DNA from: Thermodesulfobacteriota bacterium
Lineage (GTDB): Bacteria; Desulfobacterota; Desulfobulbia; Desulfobulbales; SURF-16
Direction of reading: 5' to 3'
DNA length: 64,000 bases
Assembly (NCBI GenBank): GCA_049323655.1
Contig: JBMONO010000022.1
Span: 14,993 to 78,992 of the forward strand
Part shown: one piece after another, positions 10,468-17,247 of the stretch
Layout of the letters: the number at the start of each line of letters is the position of its first letter
How positions within the stretch are numbered: the stretch's first letter is position 1
Program-made: the position numbers and the translations under genes
The notes under the pieces: generated by a model
The model's database searches: none
What the model was told of the DNA's origin: nothing
What the model saw: the letters and a program-made list of their open reading frames with translations, nothing else

Positions 10468-10575
10468 GATTGGCCTGATTGGTCCGATTGGTCCGACTGG
10501 TCTGATTGGTCCGATTGGTCGGGCGATCTTACCAACAAGACCAATAAGACCAGTAAGACCAGTAAGACCAAAAAT
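10468..10575. repeat. inverted arrays of 9-bp tandem repeats filling the glmM-tlyA spacer
   Basis: Six units of GAYTGGYCN (10468-10521), a 9-nt spacer, then five units of ACCARYAAG (10531-10575). The two arms are imperfect reverse complements (ATTGGTC / GACCAAT). Confidence 0.85.
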
Positions 10576-11307
10576 ATGAAACTCCGCCTCGACAAGCTCC
10601 TGCTCATCCGCAATCTCGCCGACAGCCGCCAGAAGGCCCAGGCCCTGATCGGCGCCGGCCAGGTACTGGTCAACGGCCAGGTGGCGGACAAGGCGGGAAC
10701 CATGATCGCGACGGAGGCGGTCATCGAGGTCAGGCAACGCTGCCCCTACGTCAGCCGGGGCGGCCTGAAGCTGGCCAAGGCACTGGAGACCTTCACCATT
10801 GACCCGACCGGGCTGATCTGCGCCGATATCGGCGCCTCCACCGGCGGCTTCACCGACTGCCTGCTCCAGGCCGGCGCGGCCAAGGTCTACGCCGTTGATG
10901 TCGGCTACGGCCAACTTGACTGGAAACTGCGGCAGGACGGTCGGGTGGTGGTGATGGAGCGGACCAACGCCCGTCACCTGCAGGCCGGCGACATCCCCGA
11001 ACCGCTCCACCTGGCCGTCATCGACGCAAGCTTCATCTCGCTGAAACTGCTCGTACCACCGCTCCTGCCGCTGTTTTGTCCCCATCCTGCCGCGATCATC
11101 GCCCTCATCAAACCGCAGTTCGAGGTGGGCCGCGGCCGGCTGGGCAAGGGCGGCATTGTCCGGGACAGCAGTCTGCACGATGAGGTGGTCGCCGAGATCG
11201 GCACCTTTGCCGGCACCCTCGGCCTGGTCTCCTTCGGGGTGATCGAATCGCCGCTGCTCGGGGCCAAGGGCAACCGCGAATTTCTCATACACCTCCGTGG
11301 CGGATAA
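10576..11307 (+). CDS. tlyA: TlyA-family rRNA 2'-O-methyltransferase (S4 domain plus FtsJ-like methyltransferase)
   Basis: KLRLDKLL...S4-like N-terminus and SAM-binding motif DIGASTGGFTD. Start set at ATG 10576. The ORF upstream of it is only translated nonamer repeat. Confidence 0.85.
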   Translation: MKLRLDKLLLIRNLADSRQKAQALIGAGQVLVNGQVADKAGTMIATEAVIEVRQRCPYVSRGGLKLAKALETFTIDPTGLICADIGASTGGFTDCLLQAGAAKVYAVDVGYGQLDWKLRQDGRVVVMERTNARHLQAGDIPEPLHLAVIDASFISLKLLVPPLLPLFCPHPAAIIALIKPQFEVGRGRLGKGGIVRDSSLHDEVVAEIGTFAGTLGLVSFGVIESPLLGAKGNREFLIHLRGG

Positions 11308-11439
11308 AATCGAAGCCTATTCATCGGTTCGATTTGACTTGCCGGCCGGTTAATGCTAATCTATTGCCCATTGCTCTTCCGGTCACGCTTGCCGGAACGG
11401 GAGGTGTGAATCATTTTTTGTTTTGTGGAGATTGACCCG

Positions 11440-11907
11440 ATGAAAAAAACATTATCCGTCCTATCCCGCCGTTTTGCCGCCGGTCTCGGCTTTTCCCTGC
11501 TCTCCCTTTTCTTCACCGTATCGGTATTCGCCGCCGAATATGTCAGTGTCATCAAGGACGGCGTCAATATCCGTTCCGGCCCGGGCACCGATAGCGAGGT
11601 GCACTGGGAGGTTTTTAAGGATTTTCCCCTCAAGGTCGTGCAGCGCAAAGACCAGTGGGCGAAAATCGAGGACTTTGAAGGCGACGGCGGCTGGATCCAT
11701 GCATCGCTGGTCAGCGACAAGAAGACCGTCATCGTCAAGGTGAAAAAGGCCAACATCAGGGTCGGTCCCGGGGAAAATTACGAAATCGTTGCCTCCGCTC
11801 TCTACGGCGTCGTCTTTAATCAGGGGAAAACCCAGGGTGACTGGGTTGAGATCAGCCATGCCGACGGCACCAAGGGCTGGGTTCACAAATCGCTGATCTG
11901 GCCGTAA
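11440..11907 (+). CDS. secreted protein with two bacterial SH3 domains
   Basis: Signal peptide (FSLLSLFFTVSVFA). Two repeats of the pattern VNIRSGPG...W..V...GW.H.SL. Confidence 0.7.
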   Translation: MKKTLSVLSRRFAAGLGFSLLSLFFTVSVFAAEYVSVIKDGVNIRSGPGTDSEVHWEVFKDFPLKVVQRKDQWAKIEDFEGDGGWIHASLVSDKKTVIVKVKKANIRVGPGENYEIVASALYGVVFNQGKTQGDWVEISHADGTKGWVHKSLIWP

Positions 11908-12228
11908 GCGACCTTCTCTTCCCCTTGCCCTCCGCTCCGAGTGCCGCCACCGGGTCGGCACTCGGCCTCCTTCTCTTCCCCATCCGTCCTTTTTGTCAGC
12001 CACCCCTGTACCACAATGTGCACAACAGTCTTGACAGTGTCATTCTTCCTGCGTTATCAGAACAGACATCGCCGTCGGTGCGTTGGCGAAAACGTTTTTC
12101 GGGATGGTGCAGGCGGCCGCCCAGCCCTAATACATAAGCGAAGGGCACCATGACCTCGACGAGCACATCGCCGCTGCCTGGCCGCTGTTCGTCACACAAT
12201 TGTCCGATAAATCAAGGAGGCACTGAGA

Positions 12229-12915
12229 ATGACAGTAACGCCAGATCCGGGCGGCAGAGGATCGCACGAATCGCTTCCGGAAAAATTTGCCATTTCCGAA
12301 GAAGACATCTATGCCGCGATGAAGGAAATTCCCGGCTATCTCGACATCACTCCCGGTGATTTCCGAGAACTCTACGCCCATTCCTATCGCCATGCCCTGG
12401 AGCGACTCACCAATTCGACGCGGACCGCCGACATCATGACACACGAGGTGGTTACCGTCGAGCTGACCACGCCGCTTTACGAGGTGGCCAAACGGATGGC
12501 AACAAAAGGCATTTCCGGGGTGCCGGTGCTGGACCGCAGTCAGCGGCTCGCGGGGATGATCTCGGAACGGGATTTTCTCCGTCACATGGGGGCAGAACAG
12601 GCATCCTTCATGGCCGTCATCGCCGCCTGCCTGGTGGGCAAGGGATGCGCGGCCCTGGGCATTCGCAAGGGAGTGGCGGCTGATATCATGACCAGTCCGG
12701 CTCGCTCCATCGGCCCGACAGCCACCCTGGCCGAGGCAGCGGCCACCCTGACTGACAATAAAATCAACCGCCTGCCGGTCCTCGATGAAGGGGGCAGACT
12801 GCTCGGCATTCTGACCCGGACCGATCTGATGCGGGCCCATGTGCTGGCTCCGGCTCCTGCCGAACAGGAAAAATCAGACAAGAAGGAGGCGTCATGCGCT
12901 ACTTCGACAAGATGA
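12229..12915 (+). CDS. CBS domain pair protein
   Basis: Two CBS-like units (IMTHEVVTV...GVPVLD... and IMTSPARSI...RLPVLDEGGRLLGILTRTDL). Overlaps the following HPP gene. Confidence 0.7.
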   Translation: MTVTPDPGGRGSHESLPEKFAISEEDIYAAMKEIPGYLDITPGDFRELYAHSYRHALERLTNSTRTADIMTHEVVTVELTTPLYEVAKRMATKGISGVPVLDRSQRLAGMISERDFLRHMGAEQASFMAVIAACLVGKGCAALGIRKGVAADIMTSPARSIGPTATLAEAAATLTDNKINRLPVLDEGGRLLGILTRTDLMRAHVLAPAPAEQEKSDKKEASCATSTR

Positions 12916-13430
12916 AGGGCTCCACCACCAGCCCCCCCGGCCCCGGCGCGCGGGAAATCGCCTGGTCGTGGCTCGGCGCCTTCCTCGGTATCGCCGCGGT
13001 GGCGCTTGCTCATTACCAGATCCTGGCCGAACGTGACCTTCTCCTCATCATCGGCAGCTTCGGCGCCTCGGCGGTGCTGATCTACGGAGCGATCAAAAGC
13101 CCGCTGGCCCAGCCCCGCAACCTTATCGGCGGCCATGTCCTCTCCGCCGTTATCGGTGTTTTCTGCTTTCAGACCTTCCAGGGCGAGACCTGGCTCGCCG
13201 CCTCCCTGGCCGTGGCCACCGCCATCGCCGTCATGCATGCCACCCGCACCCTCCATCCACCCGGCGGCGCCACCGCCCTCATCGCCGTCATCGGCGGCGA
13301 CCAGGTGCACAGGCTAGGCTACCTCTATGTCCTCATGCCGGTGGCCCTGGGGGCGTTCATCATGCTCGTTGTCGCCCTGCTGATCAACAACATCCCCAAA
13401 ACGAGAAAATATCCGGAATTCTGGTTGTAA
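12894..13430 (+). CDS. HPP family membrane protein
   Basis: Four to five TM segments and the eponymous HPPGGATALIAV motif. Confidence 0.8.
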   Translation: MRYFDKMKGSTTSPPGPGAREIAWSWLGAFLGIAAVALAHYQILAERDLLLIIGSFGASAVLIYGAIKSPLAQPRNLIGGHVLSAVIGVFCFQTFQGETWLAASLAVATAIAVMHATRTLHPPGGATALIAVIGGDQVHRLGYLYVLMPVALGAFIMLVVALLINNIPKTRKYPEFWL

Positions 13431-13492
13431 AGACGGGCCGCCAGCAGATTGCCAGTGCTGCCGGCCGGGCGGGGCCGCCCTTGTCCCGCATT

Positions 13493-14203
13493 TCAGGCGA
13501 TGACGCGACCCTCGCCGGCCTCCTCGTGGGTGACGCCGTCGCGGATGTGATAAATGCGCCGGAAGGTGGGGATGATCTTTTCATCATGGGTGACGACGAT
13601 AACCGCGGTGGCGAACTGCCGGGCCATCTCATTTAAGATGCTGATCACGGTGAGGGCCCGCACCGAATCGAGCGGCGCGGTGGGCTCGTCGGCCAGGATC
13701 ACCGGCGGCCGGTTGACCAGGCCGCGGGCAATGGCGACCCGTTGCTGCTCGCCGCCGGAAAGCTGGGCGGGCATGGCAGCGGCCCGGTGCTGGACGTCGA
13801 GGGCAACGAGCAGATCAAGCGCCCGCCGCCGCGCCTCGTCATTGGCAACCCCGGCCAGCATCGGCAGCAGGGCGACGTTGTCGGTGACATCGAGAAAGGG
13901 AATGAGATAGGGGGCCTGAAAGACAAAACCGATCTTGTCGCGCCGCAGGGCGCGCAGATCGCGGACCCGCCAGCCGTTGTCAAAGATCACCTCATCACCG
14001 AGGACCATCCGGCCGGCGGTGGGGTCGAGCACCGCGCCGAGACACTTGAGCAGGGTGGATTTTCCCGAACCGGAAGGACCGATCAGCCCCACCACCTCGC
14101 CGGGCGCCACCACCATGTCCACCTGTTTCAGGGCGTCCACCGCGGTATCGCCGACGCCGAAGCGTTTTTTCATCCCCTCGATGCGAATGCCCGCCTTGCT
14201 CAT
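13493..14203 (-). CDS. ABC transporter ATP-binding protein (MacB/LolD/DevA-like)
   Basis: Walker A GPSGSGKST, signature LSGGEQQRVAIAR, Walker B ILADEPT. Confidence 0.9.
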   Translation of the reverse strand: MSKAGIRIEGMKKRFGVGDTAVDALKQVDMVVAPGEVVGLIGPSGSGKSTLLKCLGAVLDPTAGRMVLGDEVIFDNGWRVRDLRALRRDKIGFVFQAPYLIPFLDVTDNVALLPMLAGVANDEARRRALDLLVALDVQHRAAAMPAQLSGGEQQRVAIARGLVNRPPVILADEPTAPLDSVRALTVISILNEMARQFATAVIVVTHDEKIIPTFRRIYHIRDGVTHEEAGEGRVIA

Positions 14204-14204
14204 C

Positions 14205-15407
14205 TCACCCTCCTATGGCCTCGGCCGGATCAACCTTCAGCGCCATGCGAATGGCGACAAGGCTCGCCAGCACGCAGATCACCAGCACGGCAAAAAAACC
14301 GGCCACCGAATCGTGCGGCATCAGCAGCACATATTTGGGGAAATAGGGAGCCGCGAAGGTGGTGCTGATCTTGCCCACGACAAAACCGATCATGCCGAGC
14401 ACCACCGACTGCTGCATGATCATGGCGGCAATGGTGCGGTTGCGGGTGCCGATCAGCTTCAGCACCGCGATTTCCCTGATCTTGTCCATGGTCAGCGTGT
14501 AGATGATGAAGGCGACGATGGCGGCGCTGACCACGGCGAGGATGACCAGAAACATGCCGATCTGCCGGGCCGAGGTGGCGATCAGTTTGCCGACCAGGAT
14601 CTTTTCCATCTGCGGCCGGGTATAGGCGGTCAGCCGCTTCCAGCGACCGATGGCCTTGGCCGCCTCCGCCGCCTCCTGCCCCGGATGCAGCCGCACCAGC
14701 ACGGCGTTGACCGTCTGGCTGGCCTCCTGGGCGGCATTGACGGCATCGGTCAGACCGGGCACACCGGGCCGGTTGAAGGCGGGATTGGCCTCGGTGCGCT
14801 GGCGATTCTGGCGGATGGTGTCGTTATCCTTGAGAAACTGCGCCTCCTGGGCGTCCTTGAGGGGAATGAAGACCATGGGATCACCGCTCGATGAGACCAT
14901 CCGCCGGGTCAACCCGACGACGGTGTAGTGATTACGGCGGATGGTCAGCTGATCGCCGAGGCCAAAACCGGTGGCGATATCGGCGACTGCCTCGTAATGG
15001 CTGCGGGTAATCTGCCGACCGGCCACCAGATAAGGGGGCCAGCCCGGGGTGGCCGGCGCGCCGGGCATGATGCCCACCACCATGGCCCGCACGTCCTGAT
15101 CGCCCCGCCGCACCTGCATGGTGAGATAGGTGACGTTGGCGGCCTCGGCAATGCCCGGCATGGCGCGAATGCCGCGATAAAGATCGGCATGGATGGCCGA
15201 GGGTTCCGCATAGGGGCCCAGGGTGTCCTGCTGCACCACCCAGAGATCGGCGCCGCTGTTGTCGAGCAGCACCCTGGCGTCGTCCACCATGCCCCGGTAC
15301 ACCCCGGCCATGGTCAGGGTGACGCCGATCAACAGCCCCAGCCCGATGCCGGTGAAGACGAACTTGCCCCAGGAATGGAGGATGTCGCGACCGGCCAGGC
15401 TGATCAT
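14205..15407 (-). CDS. ABC transporter permease, FtsX/MacB-type (DevC-like)
   Basis: N-terminal TM, large periplasmic domain, and three C-terminal TM helices typical of the FtsX fold. Adjacent to the ATPase and the HlyD adaptor. Confidence 0.8.
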   Translation of the reverse strand: MISLAGRDILHSWGKFVFTGIGLGLLIGVTLTMAGVYRGMVDDARVLLDNSGADLWVVQQDTLGPYAEPSAIHADLYRGIRAMPGIAEAANVTYLTMQVRRGDQDVRAMVVGIMPGAPATPGWPPYLVAGRQITRSHYEAVADIATGFGLGDQLTIRRNHYTVVGLTRRMVSSSGDPMVFIPLKDAQEAQFLKDNDTIRQNRQRTEANPAFNRPGVPGLTDAVNAAQEASQTVNAVLVRLHPGQEAAEAAKAIGRWKRLTAYTRPQMEKILVGKLIATSARQIGMFLVILAVVSAAIVAFIIYTLTMDKIREIAVLKLIGTRNRTIAAMIMQQSVVLGMIGFVVGKISTTFAAPYFPKYVLLMPHDSVAGFFAVLVICVLASLVAIRMALKVDPAEAIGG

Positions 15408-16555
15408 CGGCTCTCTCCGACGAGGCCCTCGACAACCCGGATGCGACTGCGGGAAGAGAGCGCCCTTTCACTGTAAAGCACCACCTGATCACCGGCGGCA
15501 AGACCAGCGAGGACCTGCACCCGACCGTCGAGATCGGTCATCCCGATGGTGACCGGCGTGAAACGGAGATCATCGCCAACGACCTTCCAGACCCCGCGAC
15601 GGCCGGCCTCGCTCAGCACCGCGGCATTGGGAATGACCGGCGCGGCCGGCAGATCGGGCAGAGATACGGTGACCTCGGCCAGTTCGCCCAGCGGCGGCAA
15701 CGGGTCGGGCAGATCGGCAAAGACGACCTTGGCCAGCATCTCCTCGGTCACCGCGTCGGCCAGGGGCTCCACCCGCAGGAGCCGACCAGCGAGCGCCTCG
15801 TCCGAACGGGAACGCAGGATAATCTCGGCGGCACGGTCAGGGGCCAACCCCCGGGCCTGCATCTGGTCAAAACGGACATTGACCCACAGGCTGGCCGGAT
15901 CGATGCACTGCACCACGGTCTGCCCCGCCACCACCGTGCTGCCCGGCTCGACCTCGCGGGCCGCCACCAGACAGGCAACCGGGGCAAGCAGCCGCAGATC
16001 GCGACGCTGGGCCGCCAGGGCCTGTTGCTCGGCGACAAGGCGGGCCACCTCCTGCCTGGCCGCGGCCCGGCCCGCCTCGGCCAGCCGCAGTTCATGCCGC
16101 CGGGCCGCGGCCAGCTCCTCGCTCACCGATTGTACCTGCAAGAGAAGTTCATAACGGTTTGCCTCCCGCCGGGCATGATTTTCGCGGGCCTCGGCCTCAA
16201 CAAGCTGGGCGCGGGCCCGTTCCAGGGCCGCCTCCTGGGCCCGGATCCGTTCATCGAGATCCACCGGCTCCATCTCGCCAAGCACCTGGCCGGCCGCCGC
16301 CCGGTCGCCCACCTGGACATCAAGGCGCATGAGCCGGCCGGCCATTGTCGGACCGATCCGGTAGGTATAACGGGCCTCAACCGTACCGATGCCGAACAGG
16401 GCGGGCGCGAGGGCCTGCTTTTCCACGGTGGCCAGGGTGACCGCCACCGGCGCGAGCGGACCGGAGCGGATGGCGACAAAGACAAAGAGGATAAGCAGGG
16501 GAATGAGAACAGCGAGCAGGGCCAGGGTGCGTCGTTGGCTGGTCGGGGTTGTCAT
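15404..16555 (-). CDS. efflux periplasmic adaptor subunit (HlyD/membrane fusion protein family)
   Basis: N-terminal TM, biotinyl/lipoyl-like segments flanking a long Ala/Arg/Glu coiled coil, and a beta-barrel C-terminus. Operon context supports the call. Confidence 0.8.
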   Translation of the reverse strand: MTTPTSQRRTLALLAVLIPLLILFVFVAIRSGPLAPVAVTLATVEKQALAPALFGIGTVEARYTYRIGPTMAGRLMRLDVQVGDRAAAGQVLGEMEPVDLDERIRAQEAALERARAQLVEAEARENHARREANRYELLLQVQSVSEELAAARRHELRLAEAGRAAARQEVARLVAEQQALAAQRRDLRLLAPVACLVAAREVEPGSTVVAGQTVVQCIDPASLWVNVRFDQMQARGLAPDRAAEIILRSRSDEALAGRLLRVEPLADAVTEEMLAKVVFADLPDPLPPLGELAEVTVSLPDLPAAPVIPNAAVLSEAGRRGVWKVVGDDLRFTPVTIGMTDLDGRVQVLAGLAAGDQVVLYSERALSSRSRIRVVEGLVGESR

Positions 16556-17160
16556 TGCGCCCTCCGGATGCCGCGGCGATAAATGGCAAAAACGCCTGGG
16601 GCCTCGCGACGGATGCGGCCGACATCGCCGGCCAGCAATGCCTGCATGACCAGCCCCTGAATGGTGCCGATAAACAGGGTGACGGCGGCCTCCGTGTCCA
16701 GTTCGGCATCAAGATCACCGCACTGCTTGCCCCGGTCAACCACCTCTTTGAGACGCTCGCCATAGCAGCGAATGAGCCCTTGCGCCACCCGCCGGGGCGC
16801 CGACTCGCCGGTGCGTTGCAGTTCTCCGAACAGGATGCGGGGAATGCCGGGATACTCCGCGACAAAATCCACATGGGCCATGAACATCCCTTCCAGGGCG
16901 GCAAGCGGCGTTGCCGCTTGCGAAACCGCCCTGTCGACCCGCGCCAGCAGTCGCTGGGCGACCCACTCCATCACCGCCTGCAAAATGGCATCCTTATTGG
17001 CAAAATGGCGGAACAGCGCCCCTTGAGTCAGCCCCATCCGCCCGGCGATCGCCGCGGTGGTGATCTCGCTCGGGTTGCGCTCCCCGGCCAGCTCGATCAC
17101 CGCCGCCACCGTCACCTCCCGCCGCTCCTCCGCCGAAAGATACCTGCCTGTTGCTTCCAT
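16552..17160 (-). CDS. TetR/AcrR family transcriptional regulator
   Basis: N-terminal HTH (TTAAIAGRMGLTQGALFRHFANKDAIL). First gene of the efflux operon, overlapping the adaptor gene start. Confidence 0.85.
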   Translation of the reverse strand: MEATGRYLSAEERREVTVAAVIELAGERNPSEITTAAIAGRMGLTQGALFRHFANKDAILQAVMEWVAQRLLARVDRAVSQAATPLAALEGMFMAHVDFVAEYPGIPRILFGELQRTGESAPRRVAQGLIRCYGERLKEVVDRGKQCGDLDAELDTEAAVTLFIGTIQGLVMQALLAGDVGRIRREAPGVFAIYRRGIRRAQ

Positions 17161-17162
17161 AT

Positions 17163-17216
17163 GCCCCCCTGCGAATAAAGATAGTAATCAATTACTATCT
17201 TTATTCGCAGGGGGGC
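17163..17216. promoter_or_regulatory. perfect 26-bp-arm palindrome (2-nt centre) abutting the tetR start codon; candidate operator or RBS-sequestering hairpin
   Basis: gcccccctgcgaataaagatagtaat-ca-attactatctttattcgcaggggggc. The arms are exact reverse complements. The G-run that serves as the tetR Shine-Dalgarno lies in one arm. Confidence 0.6.
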
Positions 17217-17247
17217 TATTTTGTCAACCACTTTCGACCACCACATA

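Noticed and set aside
11925-11975. 10-bp-stem hairpin (ccgagtgccg...cggcactcgg) flanked by ttctcttcccc direct repeats downstream of the SH3 gene.
   Set aside because: It may simply be a terminator without a T-tract. It is a single occurrence with no further support, so it was not elevated to a finding.
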